A stretch of DNA of 64,000 bases from Patescibacteria group bacterium (GCA_041649715.1 JBAZMP010000003.1:36155-100154); one strand, 5' to 3'. Numbered from the stretch's first letter, positions 8,867 through 19,423 are shown. Notes: a model not told the origin generated them from the letters alone. Numbers and translations are program-made.

Positions 8867-9904
8867 TCAGTCCAGATACTTCGCCTTGTTGGCGGCGTGC
8901 TCTTCGGCGGTCTTTGACCAAACCGTGGTGCCGTCTTTCTTATTCAAATAAAACAGATACTCATTGGGAGTGGGATAAATCGCCGCTTTGATGGAGGAAA
9001 GCGAAGGATTGCAGATCGGGCCGGGAGGCAAGCCCTTGTTTAAATACGTGTTATAGGCCGAAACGGTTTGTAGATCCTCAAGCGTCGGCTGCAAAGCGGA
9101 CTTGCCGGTGACGTAATTGACCGTGGCGTCAGACTGCATAGGCATGCCTATTTCTATCCGGCGGAAAAAAAGGTCGGCGGCCATTTTACGGTCAGCCTCT
9201 TTCCTGACCTCTTTTTCCAAAATTGAGGCCATGGTCACGATTTCAAAAATGGTCTTGTTCTGATTTTTTATTTCGGCGCGCAATTCTTCCGTTAACTTGC
9301 TGCCGAAATTATCCAGCATTTTTTTTATAATATCCTTGCCGGCAGAATCTTTAAAAATACGGTAAGTATCGGGGAATAAATACCCCTCCAAATCCACGGC
9401 TAGGCTTTTATCGGCTAAAAAAGTGTAATTTTCCTCGGGCAAGATCTCGCGGGAATTTTTTACCCCGGCCGCCGCCAGAAAATCGGCCTTAGAAATAATC
9501 TCCTGCTTTTCCAGATAATCTCCGATCTCCGTGTTCGTCCAGCCTTCGATTATTTTTATGGTCCGCTCGTTAGAAATAAGCTTCCCTTCGCTCAATATCG
9601 CCACTACTTGTTTGATGCTCATGTCCGTGGACAACTGATAGGTGCCGGCCTGCAAGCGGCTAGAAACCCCCTCGATAAAAGTATAAACAAAGAACGCCGT
9701 TTTATTCCTGATCAATCCCTTGGCAATCAGGACGTCGGCGATGACACGGGAACCGTCACCCTTATTGATGGTGATCTCTTTTTCCTCCGTAATTGAACTG
9801 GCCGGCGAGCTGATCAGATAGACGAAATAAAAAAACAGGCCGACAAAAACCAGACCGGCAATGCTGATGATAAGAATGGCGTTGGTTTTCCTTTTGTCTG
9901 CCAT
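8867..9904 (-). CDS. mltG: Endolytic murein transglycosylase MltG (YceG family).
   Basis: N-terminal TM, then a YceG-like domain (VIADVLIAKGLIRNKTAFFVY...GTYQL...). Good SD (GGAGGAA). Confidence 0.85.
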   Translation of the reverse strand: MADKRKTNAILIISIAGLVFVGLFFYFVYLISSPASSITEEKEITINKGDGSRVIADVLIAKGLIRNKTAFFVYTFIEGVSSRLQAGTYQLSTDMSIKQVVAILSEGKLISNERTIKIIEGWTNTEIGDYLEKQEIISKADFLAAAGVKNSREILPEENYTFLADKSLAVDLEGYLFPDTYRIFKDSAGKDIIKKMLDNFGSKLTEELRAEIKNQNKTIFEIVTMASILEKEVRKEADRKMAADLFFRRIEIGMPMQSDATVNYVTGKSALQPTLEDLQTVSAYNTYLNKGLPPGPICNPSLSSIKAAIYPTPNEYLFYLNKKDGTTVWSKTAEEHAANKAKYLD

Positions 9905-9905
9905 A

Positions 9906-10985
9906 TTATAGATATTCCTCCTTCTTTTTTTTCTTCAATATTTCCACGATATTCTTCACTTCCTGCGCTTTTTCCCGCGGACAAATCAATAAAGCGTCTT
10001 TGGTATTGACGATGATCATGTCTTCCACTCCCGCCGTGGCCACCAGCTTTTCCGAAAGATTATAGATAAGACTACCCTTAGTCTGGTAACCGACATGCTC
10101 GCCCAAGATGACATTTTCTTCAGCGGTTTCGCTCAAGACCTCTTTGACCGAACGCCAATGGCCGACGTCGGTCCAGCCGATATCGGCGGGCAGAACCAGC
10201 ATTTTTTCTTTTATCTTTTCCATCAGGCCGAAGTCGATAGAAATGGATTCAAGCCGGGCAAATTCACGTTTGACCGTGGCCTTTTCATTTTTCGTTCCTA
10301 AGGCGTTCTCGATATTTTTTAAAATGAGATAATGCCGCGGCAAATGTTTCCTGAATAGATTCAGCAAATGGTCCACCCGCCAGACAAAGATGGCCGGATT
10401 CCAGAGATAATTCCATTTTTTAAGATAGGATTCCGCGGTTTTCAGGTCCGGTTTCTCCACGAATCTTTTGGCGGCAAAAATCTTGTCTTGGCCGAATTTA
10501 TCTTTTTCATCGCCCATCTCGATATAACCGTAGCCTGTTTCCGGATAGGTGGGATTGATGCCGATCAAAAGCGTGTGGTCGGGATATTTTTTGAGCACCT
10601 TCTCGGCTGTCCTTAATATCCGGATATATTCTTTTTCATTTTTAATGTACTGGTCGGAATTGGCCATGGAAATTGTTTCACTGGGATTTTTTTTATGCAG
10701 GATGACCGCCGTCAGGCCGATCGCCCCGGCCGTGTTCCTGGCCGTCGGCTCCAGCACATAATTCTTTAAAGGCAGATTCGGAATCTGCTTTCCGATCAGG
10801 CGCAAATGCTTTTGGCCGCAGGAAACGTATATATCGGCCAGCGAAAATTCCCGGCGCAGGCGCTTAAAGGTTTTTTGGAGCAAAGTATCGTTGCCGATGA
10901 TTTTCTGGGCTTGCTTGGGCTTGCCCTGACGGCTAAGCGGCCAAAGCCTGGTCCCTCCGCCACCCGCCAATATTATTGCTTTCAT
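9906..10985 (-). CDS. manC: Mannose-1-phosphate guanylyltransferase (GDP-mannose pyrophosphorylase).
   Basis: MKAIILAGGGGTRLWPLS nucleotidyltransferase motif plus the C-terminal domain typical of ManC/CpsB. Confidence 0.8.
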   Translation of the reverse strand: MKAIILAGGGGTRLWPLSRQGKPKQAQKIIGNDTLLQKTFKRLRREFSLADIYVSCGQKHLRLIGKQIPNLPLKNYVLEPTARNTAGAIGLTAVILHKKNPSETISMANSDQYIKNEKEYIRILRTAEKVLKKYPDHTLLIGINPTYPETGYGYIEMGDEKDKFGQDKIFAAKRFVEKPDLKTAESYLKKWNYLWNPAIFVWRVDHLLNLFRKHLPRHYLILKNIENALGTKNEKATVKREFARLESISIDFGLMEKIKEKMLVLPADIGWTDVGHWRSVKEVLSETAEENVILGEHVGYQTKGSLIYNLSEKLVATAGVEDMIIVNTKDALLICPREKAQEVKNIVEILKKKKKEEYL

Positions 10986-10999
10986 ATGATTGGACGAAT

Positions 11000-11635
11000 T
11001 TAGCTCTTTTCTTTTTTCCCCTCAATCAATGGCACGAATTGAAAACCCGAAAATCTTTGTTCTTCAAAATCATCCTCACTTTTTTTGATCCTTAAAACCA
11101 TTTCTTGAATGTCCCGGCCGACCGGAATGACCAGTCTCCCGCCGATCGCGAGCTGATCGCCAAGCGCTTTCGGGATGCCGTTTATGGCGGCGGCCGCCAC
11201 CTGGATACAGTCAAAGGGGGCGAATTCCGACAGGCCGGCTGACCCATCGCCGCAGAACAATTCTATATTTTTGAATTTATATTTCTCCAGGTTTTTCTCG
11301 CCAAAAGTCTTTAACTGGGGTATCCTTTCCACGGCATAAACTTTTCCCTTTTCTCCCACCAAATAGGCGAGCAACCCCGTCGTCCAGGCCGAACCCGAAC
11401 CGACGTCCAAAACCTTCTCTCCTTCCTTTGGCTGCAATAGCTCCAACATAAAAGCGACGGTCAGGGGTTGACTATTGGTCTGACCGTAATTGATAGGCAG
11501 AGGGATATTTTCGGAAAAATCCTCCCTTAATTCCTCGGGCAGAAAATCCCGGCGGTGAATATTTAAAAAAGCCTCTATGATCTTAGGAGTTTTTAAATAA
11601 CCGTCGTCTATTAGCTTTTGGACTAATTGCTGCAT
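11000..11635 (-). CDS. pcm: Protein-L-isoaspartate O-methyltransferase.
   Basis: VLDVGSGSAWTTGLLA SAM-binding motif and overall PCMT architecture. Confidence 0.85.
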   Translation of the reverse strand: MQQLVQKLIDDGYLKTPKIIEAFLNIHRRDFLPEELREDFSENIPLPINYGQTNSQPLTVAFMLELLQPKEGEKVLDVGSGSAWTTGLLAYLVGEKGKVYAVERIPQLKTFGEKNLEKYKFKNIELFCGDGSAGLSEFAPFDCIQVAAAAINGIPKALGDQLAIGGRLVIPVGRDIQEMVLRIKKSEDDFEEQRFSGFQFVPLIEGKKEKS

Positions 11636-11941
11636 ATGATTGATGTATTTAATTTAACCTATTTTTGCTTTTTTGGCAAGGTAAGTGTTTTTAAAGGAAC
11701 AAGATGCAAGAGGCAAGTAACAAATATTTCAATAACCAATATTCAATTTTCAAACCGTTTGCCGACGAACAGTGTTTGGCTATTGGAATTTTGAATTTGG
11801 ATATTGTTTGTATCTTGTGTCACGGTAATTGTTTTTTATACAAACAAACTGGCCCAGAAAGAATAAATAAAACAACCATGGCAAAGAGCCTGAGAGGCTA
11901 AGCTAATAAGCCAAAACTTATTTCTGCTAAAAAATACCCCC

Positions 11942-11970
11942 TTGAAAAAAAATCCAAGGTATGCTATACT
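11942..11970 (+). promoter_or_regulatory. Sigma70-like promoter: TTGAAA, 17-nt spacer, extended -10 TGcTATACT.
   Basis: Near-consensus hexamers at ideal spacing, about 220 nt upstream of 12191. A hairpin plus T-run lies at about 12128..12160, so a short transcript is possible. Confidence 0.35.
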
Positions 11971-12190
11971 TATCTAGTAAAGATACTAAAATAAAAACAA
12001 AAACAAGATACTATCCTCCTCACAATCCTTTTTGGACGCAGGAGGTCTAAAACTAAAAGTACAATTTCAATTAGTATCTTTGCGGACAATCAGGTAACCT
12101 AGCGAAAATCAAGGGTGAAAAGTGTTTTTGAAAAAGAGCACTTTTTTATTCCTATAAATCGGCTCTTTTACGACTAAAATAAAAACAAAA

Positions 12191-12787
12191 ATGAAGACAA
12201 AATATTTAGAAGTTGAGGTTCTGCCTTTTTCTATTCTGCCGGAAAATAACCCGGGCTTCGCCATCCGGCATTTAAGCAAGGAGTACGATCCGACAAAGAA
12301 AAAAACCTTAAACTTGCAAAAAATATCGTTCTATTTATTCCGGACAACTTTTATATTATTGCTGGCTTTTTTCCCGCTTTTTTCTTTTGGGCAGATTACT
12401 TTCAAGCAGGAAATCATCAAACTCACCAATATTGAAAGAAACAGACAGCATCTTCCCCTCCTAACCGATAATCCCCTTTTAGACGCGGCCGCCTTGGCCA
12501 AAGCCAATGACATGATCGCTTTGAATTATTTCAGCCACACTTCGCCCTCTGGCCTTTCTCCCTGGAACTTCATCACCGAAAATGGCTACGAATATAAATT
12601 CGCCGGTGAAAACCTGGCTTTGGATTTTTCCGACCCCCAAAATGCGATGACCGCCTGGCTGCGTTCCCCGAGCCATCGCGACAATATCCTCGATCCGGAT
12701 TTCAAAGAAATCGGTGTGGCCGTGGTCAAGGGCACGGTAGAAAACCAAGAAACAGTCCTGGTCGTCCAATTTTTCGGCACGCGGTAA
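12191..12787 (+). CDS. CAP/SCP/PR-1 (YkwD-like) domain secreted protein.
   Basis: CAP domain motifs (NRQHLPLL, NYFSHTSPSG, GENLA, HRDNILDPDFKEIGVAVV). The N-terminal start is uncertain; a hydrophobic signal-like segment is present. Confidence 0.75.
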   Translation: MKTKYLEVEVLPFSILPENNPGFAIRHLSKEYDPTKKKTLNLQKISFYLFRTTFILLLAFFPLFSFGQITFKQEIIKLTNIERNRQHLPLLTDNPLLDAAALAKANDMIALNYFSHTSPSGLSPWNFITENGYEYKFAGENLALDFSDPQNAMTAWLRSPSHRDNILDPDFKEIGVAVVKGTVENQETVLVVQFFGTR

Positions 12788-12850
12788 AATAAAAGAAGAT
12801 ACCGTCGGATTAAGGGCAAAATCTGCCTCTTTTTATTATTCGCCCAATCC

Positions 12851-12879
12851 TTGACAAATTAAAATTTATTCATTACAAT
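12851..12879 (+). promoter_or_regulatory. Sigma70-like promoter (TTGACA, 17 nt, TACAAT) for the type IV pilus operon.
   Basis: Consensus -35 and a good -10 at 17-nt spacing, about 75 nt upstream of the pilB ORF. Confidence 0.4.
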
Positions 12880-12953
12880 AAACACACTTAAAACACCAAA
12901 ATAAAAAACAAAAATAAACCCTGTGAAAGCGTTTATTTTTTAAGATAAAAAAG

Positions 12954-14714
12954 GTGGCCTTATTCTCTTTTACCCTAACCGACAATCCCTACCGCCGGTT
13001 GGGAAAAATGCTGGAAAAAGAAAAAATCCTCCCAAGGAACGATTTTAAAGAAATCTTTGAGCAATCTAAAAAGGAAAACCGGCCGTTTTTAGCCGTTCTT
13101 TGGGAAAAAGAAGGCCTGCCGGAAGATAAATTGAACCAAGCCTTGGCCCGCTATTTCCGATTACCTGAAGTGCGCTTGCGTGAAAAAACCATTGATCCCG
13201 AGGTTTTAAACCTTATCCCGAAGGAAATAGCCGAGCATGGTTCGATCGTTATCTTTAAAAAAATAAAGAACATCATCTACGTGGCCACGACCAACCCGGA
13301 AAATAAGTTGGTCTTTAATTTTATTAAGAAGAAAACCGGCCTTGACCCGAAAATTTTCATCACCTCCCCGGCTGACCTGAAACAGGCGATAAAAAAATAC
13401 AAAACGGAGATCGCCTCGGAATTTGAGAAAATAATCGACGACAGCATCAAACAGGTTCTCAGCTTGCACGAAAACACGGAAAAACTCGCCCAAGTCGTCC
13501 CGACGATTAAAATGGTTGATACCATAATCGAACAAGCTCTTTTGCAGAACGCTTCCGACATTCATATCGAACCGGTCGCCGAAAAAATAAGCGTGCGTTA
13601 CCGGATCGACGGCCTCCTGCAAAAAATAGTCACTCTCCCCAAACAAATACTCCCGACCGTTGTCACCCGCATAAAAATTCTCGCTAACCTAAAAATTGAC
13701 GAGCACCGCCTGCCTCAAGACGGACGTTTTAAATTCGAATTCAATGAACGGCCGGTCGCCATCCGCGTTTCGGTCATGCCCACCCTCAACGGGGCCAAAG
13801 TAGTTTTGAGACTTTTGGATGTCAAGGAAAAACAATTCAGCCTCCGACGCCTAGGACTGAATGTTAAGGATTTTGTCACGGTCAAGAAAGAAATGATCAA
13901 ACCCCACGGCTTGATCCTCGTGACCGGGCCGACCGGCAGCGGAAAAACAACCACTCTCTATGCAATTTTAAGGATGCTGAATAAAGAAGGCGTGAATATT
14001 TGCACGATTGAAGACCCGATTGAATACGGCCTGGAAGGGATCAATCAAACGCAGATCAATCCCAGCGCCGGCTTAACATTTGCCTCAGGTTTGCGTTCTC
14101 TCGTCCGCCAGGACCCGGACATCATCATGGTCGGCGAAATCCGTGACTTGGAAACGGCCGACATGGCGATCAATGCAGCGATGACCGGCCATCTGGTCTT
14201 ATCAACCCTGCACACCAATTCCGCATTTCTTGTCATCCAGCGCCTGATCGAAATGGGTATTAAGCCGTTTTTGGCCGCTTCCGTGATCAATGTCGTCATG
14301 GGTCAAAGACTGGTGAGAAAAATCTGCCGCTTCTGCAAATCGCAAAGAGGGTCAGCCGAAAAAATCCTGGCCCAATACGGTGGATATTTCGACCTGGAAA
14401 ATGCCCTGGCAAAATTTAAACGACTTAAACTGCTTCCCCCGGTCGGCTATAACTCCCTTTCCGAAATTAAATTTGCCCACGGCAAGGGCTGCCCGAAATG
14501 CCACGGCACCGGTTATTTGGGGCGCATCGGCATCTATGAAATACTGAAGAACAGCTCCCATATTTACCAGACGATATTAAAAGATCCGACGGCCAACGCC
14601 ATCAAAAATGAGGCCTTGAAACACGATATTCTGACCATGACCGAAGACGGTCTTTTAAAAGTGCTAAAAGGTCAAACAACGTTTGAAGAGGTTTTAAGAG
14701 TAACTAAAGAATAA
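12954..14714 (+). CDS. pilB: Type IV pilus assembly ATPase (GspE/PilB family).
   Basis: N-terminal GspII_E domain, Walker A (GPTGSGKTTTLYA), Asp/His boxes and a C-terminal zinc-binding tetracysteine (CPKCHGTGY). The start may be the internal ATG near 13008. Confidence 0.9.
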   Translation: MALFSFTLTDNPYRRLGKMLEKEKILPRNDFKEIFEQSKKENRPFLAVLWEKEGLPEDKLNQALARYFRLPEVRLREKTIDPEVLNLIPKEIAEHGSIVIFKKIKNIIYVATTNPENKLVFNFIKKKTGLDPKIFITSPADLKQAIKKYKTEIASEFEKIIDDSIKQVLSLHENTEKLAQVVPTIKMVDTIIEQALLQNASDIHIEPVAEKISVRYRIDGLLQKIVTLPKQILPTVVTRIKILANLKIDEHRLPQDGRFKFEFNERPVAIRVSVMPTLNGAKVVLRLLDVKEKQFSLRRLGLNVKDFVTVKKEMIKPHGLILVTGPTGSGKTTTLYAILRMLNKEGVNICTIEDPIEYGLEGINQTQINPSAGLTFASGLRSLVRQDPDIIMVGEIRDLETADMAINAAMTGHLVLSTLHTNSAFLVIQRLIEMGIKPFLAASVINVVMGQRLVRKICRFCKSQRGSAEKILAQYGGYFDLENALAKFKRLKLLPPVGYNSLSEIKFAHGKGCPKCHGTGYLGRIGIYEILKNSSHIYQTILKDPTANAIKNEALKHDILTMTEDGLLKVLKGQTTFEEVLRVTKE

Positions 14715-14715
14715 T

Positions 14716-15924
14716 ATGCCCATTTTTTCCTATACCGGCCTGGATAAAAACAATAATTACGTCAAAGCCACCCTGGAGACAGGTAATCTTAAAAAAGCGG
14801 CCCAACTCCTGGAAAAAGAAGGAGTGATACTCGTTAATATCCAAGAAGAAAGAACCCTCAAAAAAACCCTAACCGAACGGCTATTTAACAACGTTACCCG
14901 CCTGGACAAGATCTTTTTCACGCGTCATCTTTCCACCATGCTGGAATCCGGCATTGCTTTGGACCAAGCGATAAAAATCATTGCCGAGCAGACAACCAAT
15001 AAAACCTTTAAAACCACCCTATACGACATCTATAAACGCCTGCAGGGCGGCGAATCATTATTCGAATGTTTGGCCGCGCACCCGAAATATTTTTCCAAAT
15101 TTTACATCAATATCATCCGGGTCGGCGAAAAAAGCGGAAAATTAGACGAAGTTCTGGCCCAGCTTCTGGAGCAGCAGGAAAGCGACTACGAGCTTATTAA
15201 CCGCGCCCGCGGCGCCATGGTTTATCCGGCGGTGATCATCAGCGCTCTTATTGTCATGGTCGTCTTTATGATGACTTTCGTCATTCCGAAGGTCACCAGC
15301 GTTTTGAGCGAATACCACGTCAAGCTGCCGCTGGCTACCCGCATCCTGATCGGCTTGAGCAATTTTATCCTTCATTACGGCTATTATGTTTTTCCCGCCT
15401 TGATTGTTTTGGTCTATCTCTTCTTAAGATGGATAAAAAGCAAAAAGGGCAAAAAACGCTGGGATGCTTTCCTCCTGAAAATCCCGCATTTAAAAAAGAT
15501 CATGGCGGAATTCAATCTTGCCCGCTTTGCCCGATCGATGAGCGCCCTGATGAAAAGTGGGGTGCCGATAGACGAATCCCTGGCTTTGGCGGCCGATGTA
15601 TCCTCTAACACTTTTTACGCCGAATCATTGGCTTCCGGCATCCAGTTTGTCCGCAAAGGAATACCCTTGGCTGAGATTTTAAAAGGCCACCCGAAGCTTT
15701 ATCCCCCTATCACCGTTCGCATGATCGAGGTGGGCGAAAAAACCGGCAAGCTCGACCACATGCTTTCCCGCCTGGCCACTTTTTACGAAAAATCCGTGCT
15801 CAATACGATTGCCAACCTCGCTTCGGTCATCGAGCCGGTTCTCCTGCTCTGCATCGGCCTGGCCGTGGCCTTTGTCGCCATTTCCGTCCTGACCCCCATT
15901 TGGAAATTTTCCGAAACCGTATAA
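14716..15924 (+). CDS. pilC: Type IV pilus platform protein (GspF/PilC family).
   Basis: Duplicated T2SSF domain architecture with 3 TM segments. Immediately follows pilB. Confidence 0.9.
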   Translation: MPIFSYTGLDKNNNYVKATLETGNLKKAAQLLEKEGVILVNIQEERTLKKTLTERLFNNVTRLDKIFFTRHLSTMLESGIALDQAIKIIAEQTTNKTFKTTLYDIYKRLQGGESLFECLAAHPKYFSKFYINIIRVGEKSGKLDEVLAQLLEQQESDYELINRARGAMVYPAVIISALIVMVVFMMTFVIPKVTSVLSEYHVKLPLATRILIGLSNFILHYGYYVFPALIVLVYLFLRWIKSKKGKKRWDAFLLKIPHLKKIMAEFNLARFARSMSALMKSGVPIDESLALAADVSSNTFYAESLASGIQFVRKGIPLAEILKGHPKLYPPITVRMIEVGEKTGKLDHMLSRLATFYEKSVLNTIANLASVIEPVLLLCIGLAVAFVAISVLTPIWKFSETV

Positions 15925-15947
15925 TTAATTAATTTTTTTATAATTTT

Positions 15948-16403
15948 ATGTCACATCTTAAAAAAGGTTTTACTCTCGTCGAAGCGCTCTCGGTGATCGG
16001 CGTTCTTGCCGTCCTGACGGCCATGGCGGTCCCGTCCTACGCCTCGATGAGAAAAAACGTGGTCTTCGGCAATACATTTCAAGAAATAGCCAGTGCCTTA
16101 AGAATGGCCCAGAATAATTCGATGACCGCTCAAGACGGCAATATGTGGGGGGTTAAATTTAATAATGACAGTTATATTATGCTGGAATGTAATGATGAAA
16201 ATTGTTCAAGCCCCTCGAATACAGACACCTATCCGGTCAGCGGCCTAAAAATAATCACGCCGGCCACAAATCCTATTATTTTTAACCGCCTATCAGGCAC
16301 TCTTTACGGGGCCGCGGTCTCCCAAACAATCGCCGTTGAGAATGAGGCGGGATCAAGTGTAAAGAATATCTTCGTTGAACCAAATGGAAAAATTTCCCCA
16401 TAA
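15948..16403 (+). CDS. Type IV (pseudo)pilin with a prepilin N-methylation motif.
   Basis: KKGFTLVEALSVIGVLAVL class III signal peptide with conserved Glu+5. Confidence 0.8.
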   Translation: MSHLKKGFTLVEALSVIGVLAVLTAMAVPSYASMRKNVVFGNTFQEIASALRMAQNNSMTAQDGNMWGVKFNNDSYIMLECNDENCSSPSNTDTYPVSGLKIITPATNPIIFNRLSGTLYGAAVSQTIAVENEAGSSVKNIFVEPNGKISP

Positions 16404-16848
16404 AAATATGCGGAATTCGTTTTCAATAAAAAATAAAGGCTTTTCCGTCGTTGAGATTTTGGTCGCCGTCAGTATGGCCGGTATTATGATCGTTTCCATA
16501 GGCGGTGCCCTGAATTCTATCCATAAATTGAACGCCAGGAGCGAAATAAATGAAAAAGCGATCGCCTACGCGAAACAAACCCTGGAATTAGTCACCGATT
16601 TGAAAAATCATGATTTTGACGCGGATTTATCCAGCGTCGACAGTCTCGCCCTGGAAACCGGGTTTACACGGCCAAGCCCCGCCGTGACCGTGACTCCTCT
16701 TTGCCGTGACGGCAACGGGAACATAATGTCCGCCTGCGGCGCGAGCGTGCCAGACGGCAAAACCGAAAAAGTAACGGTCATTATCCAGTATTCGGGAACG
16801 GAAAAAGCTAAATTATCGACTATTTTTACTGATTGGCGAATTCCATGA
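16375..16848 (+). CDS. Minor pilin-like protein (prepilin-type N-terminal domain).
   Basis: NKGFSVVEILVAVSMAGIMIV prepilin motif. The true start is probably internal (around 16408). Confidence 0.65.
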   Translation: MNQMEKFPHKNMRNSFSIKNKGFSVVEILVAVSMAGIMIVSIGGALNSIHKLNARSEINEKAIAYAKQTLELVTDLKNHDFDADLSSVDSLALETGFTRPSPAVTVTPLCRDGNGNIMSACGASVPDGKTEKVTVIIQYSGTEKAKLSTIFTDWRIP

Positions 16849-17366
16849 AAAAAGTATTCAAAAAAAATAACAAGGGATTCACCCTGATTGAGCTTCTAAT
16901 ATACATGGGCATTTCCACGATTATTGTCGTTGTTTTGACCAGCTTTATGGCTGATGTGTTAAAGAATGCGGCCAAGACAAAAATAACAAAAGAGGTGCAG
17001 CAGAATGCCAGATTTATTACGGCAAAAATTACCCAAGAAATAAGAAACGCCCAAAGTATTAATATCGATACTTTTGACCTTACCTTGAATAATAAAACTC
17101 TATTTTCCTTAAAAGACGACGGCGTCTATTACGATGATGATGTCAGCGACGCTGATCCGGCTTTAAAACTCACGAGCAACCAGGTTAAAATCAACCGAGA
17201 TGCTGACCCAAACGATCCTACGCAATATAATTCACAATTCAAGCCTGTCTCGGGCACAGTTTTTATCAAATTAACGGTGGAACAAGCCAGCCCCAATGCG
17301 AGAAGATCCGAGAGCAGCCAAATCACCCTTTCTTCAGCGGCTGTCCCAAGGGCCTCACTCTATTAA
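16833..17366 (+). CDS. Minor pilin-like protein (prepilin-type N-terminal domain).
   Basis: NKGFTLIELLIYMGISTIIVVVL prepilin motif. Confidence 0.7.
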   Translation: MANSMKKVFKKNNKGFTLIELLIYMGISTIIVVVLTSFMADVLKNAAKTKITKEVQQNARFITAKITQEIRNAQSINIDTFDLTLNNKTLFSLKDDGVYYDDDVSDADPALKLTSNQVKINRDADPNDPTQYNSQFKPVSGTVFIKLTVEQASPNARRSESSQITLSSAAVPRASLY

Positions 17367-17379
17367 ATACTTATTTGGC

Positions 17380-18843
17380 ATGAATATAAGGATATATAAA
17401 AATCAAAGAGGTGTCGTCGCCATTCTTACCTTATTGGCGGTTTCGGTTTTGGCTTTATTAATTATGACCACGATGAGCGTGCTGGCGGCGGATGAATTAA
17501 AAATGTCAATCTCAGAAAGAAATACGGAGAAAACCTTTTACGCGGCTGAGACCGGAATAAACGAGGCGTTGTATCGATTAAGCAAGGATGGTCTTCCCGC
17601 TAATTTTTGTTTATCCTTTGACGGAACTGCTATACCCTGTGCGAATTCCGAAAAAATTGAAGTGAGTTTTTCACTTGATCCAAATAATCCCTATAATCGC
17701 ATTATCAACTCACGAGCCCAAGATATCACCGGCAAAGAAAGAACTTTAAGTTTTACGGCCCAAACGAACAGTTATGCCGCCGGCTTGGATTTTGCCGTTC
17801 ATACTGGAACTGGCGGATTGGAAATGGAGAATAATACAAGGGTTTACGGAAACATTCACAGCAACGGGAATATCTACGGCAGTACCGGTGGCACACCAAA
17901 AAGCGAAATTTACGGAGACATTAAAGTTTCGGGCATAACCACTAATTTGGTCCAAACTTTTTCCTATGATCTACGTTATGCCGACAACACTCTTTTTAAA
18001 CACCTTAACGGAAATCTCCATGCTCATGAAATTGTTGATTCAAAAATCAGCGGCGACGCGTGCTACCAAATTATCAACTCCTCCACGGTTAGCGGTTCAT
18101 CAGAAGTATACGGCTCTAATCCCAATTGTATCAGTGATCCTGCTCCCGCTACTTTTCCCATTACTGATCCTCAAATAGAAAATTGGACAAATGAAATTAA
18201 AGACCATGTAAATGAGGCTATATTAAATGGAACGGGACAATTATTCCCAACAAATAAAACGGTAAATACCTCCGAAACTTGGGGTCCGACCAAGGTAAAC
18301 GGCAATCTAATTATTCAAGGCAGCCCCCAGGGAGTAAATAAGCTAGTTATGAATGATAATCTGTGGGTGATAGGAAATTTAGAAATACAAAATAACGGTC
18401 AGCTCACTTTATTCAAAAATATCTTGGTCAGCGGCAACATAATATTTTACCAAAACTCCACCATCAATCTTGACCCAAGCGTGGGTGAAAACGACGGTTT
18501 AATAATCGTTAATGGAAAAACTGAAATAAAAAACGTGGTTAGCATAAACGGATCAGGGAATAGTAAAAGTTCACTTATGTTAATTTCTACCAACAACTCT
18601 TTGGATACCGATAATCCAGCTATACTCGCTAACAATGTTTCTAATGGTGTTTTATACTATGCGAAAGACGGAAAAATAACCATTGATCAAAACGGCGATT
18701 TATGCGGCACTATTGCCCACACTATCCATTTGAAAAATGGGGCAACTGTTAGATATAAGCCAGACAAACAGATACTGGATATACCACCAAACGATGATAA
18801 TTATACTTTTGGTCCTGTGTCTGGTTCCTGGCAGGAAAAATAG
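17380..18843 (+). CDS. PilX-like large pilus-associated protein (N-terminal TM/pilin-like helix, beta-rich C-terminal region).
   Basis: MNIRIYKNQRGVVAILTLLAVSVLALLIMT resembles PilX N-terminal domains. It is the last gene of the pilus operon. The track ORF begins earlier, at 17296. Confidence 0.5.
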   Translation: MNIRIYKNQRGVVAILTLLAVSVLALLIMTTMSVLAADELKMSISERNTEKTFYAAETGINEALYRLSKDGLPANFCLSFDGTAIPCANSEKIEVSFSLDPNNPYNRIINSRAQDITGKERTLSFTAQTNSYAAGLDFAVHTGTGGLEMENNTRVYGNIHSNGNIYGSTGGTPKSEIYGDIKVSGITTNLVQTFSYDLRYADNTLFKHLNGNLHAHEIVDSKISGDACYQIINSSTVSGSSEVYGSNPNCISDPAPATFPITDPQIENWTNEIKDHVNEAILNGTGQLFPTNKTVNTSETWGPTKVNGNLIIQGSPQGVNKLVMNDNLWVIGNLEIQNNGQLTLFKNILVSGNIIFYQNSTINLDPSVGENDGLIIVNGKTEIKNVVSINGSGNSKSSLMLISTNNSLDTDNPAILANNVSNGVLYYAKDGKITIDQNGDLCGTIAHTIHLKNGATVRYKPDKQILDIPPNDDNYTFGPVSGSWQEK

Positions 18844-18916
18844 TTATCCACACCCCACTATTTTCGATTTTTCCTGTTTCCCAATCCCCTATTTTCATCC
18901 TCAAAATTACCCTCAA

Positions 18917-18950
18917 AAAATCGCCTTCCGCATGGGCGGTTTTTTAGAAA
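18917..18950 (+). terminator. Probable terminator of the pilus operon (ccgc-atgg-gcgg hairpin plus T6).
   Basis: Short GC stem followed by ttttttag, 75 nt after the stop at 18843. Confidence 0.3.
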
Positions 18951-19114
18951 AAATATCACCTCTTATTATCTCGACCAGGGGGAATTAAAGACGGCGCCCT
19001 TCTGGCCGAGGGTCAAAATTGGCTAATCGGGGTTATCCACATCCTCTTTCTCGGTCATAATATTTTTACTAATTTCAGCCAAAAGACCCAAAACGGCCAG
19101 ATTCCTTTTGCCCC

Positions 19115-19143
19115 TTGACAAAACTTGAAAAATGGTCTAAGAT
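19115..19143 (+). promoter_or_regulatory. Possible sigma70 promoter (TTGACA, 17 nt, TAAGAT) upstream of the adhesin gene.
   Basis: Perfect -35 and a moderate -10. It implies a long 5' UTR of about 270 nt. Confidence 0.25.
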
Positions 19144-19423
19144 AATATAAATTATACACATCGTTCTTTCACGCTTTTAAAGGAGGAAAGACAATATCGT
19201 TCTTTACGAAACATGATTGCACCTTAGAAAACCTTAGGAGGAAGGTTAGCTAAAACCAACAAAAAGTAGTAAAAAAGTAAAAACTCGAAAAAATCTAATT
19301 CATTTAAGGAAGTTCACTTAATTTGAGGTATTAAAAGGTTTTTATTGCTTTATGTTGGTTTTTTATTTAAAAAATTTAGATATATAGTATTTAAGTAAAA
19401 TTATTAAACGAGGAGATAAAAAA

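Noticed and set aside
13206-13646. Minus-strand ORFs inside pilB (13206..13646, 13277..13561, 14045..14299, 14352..14561)
   Set aside because: Antisense to pilB, whose Walker motifs and zinc finger are unambiguous.
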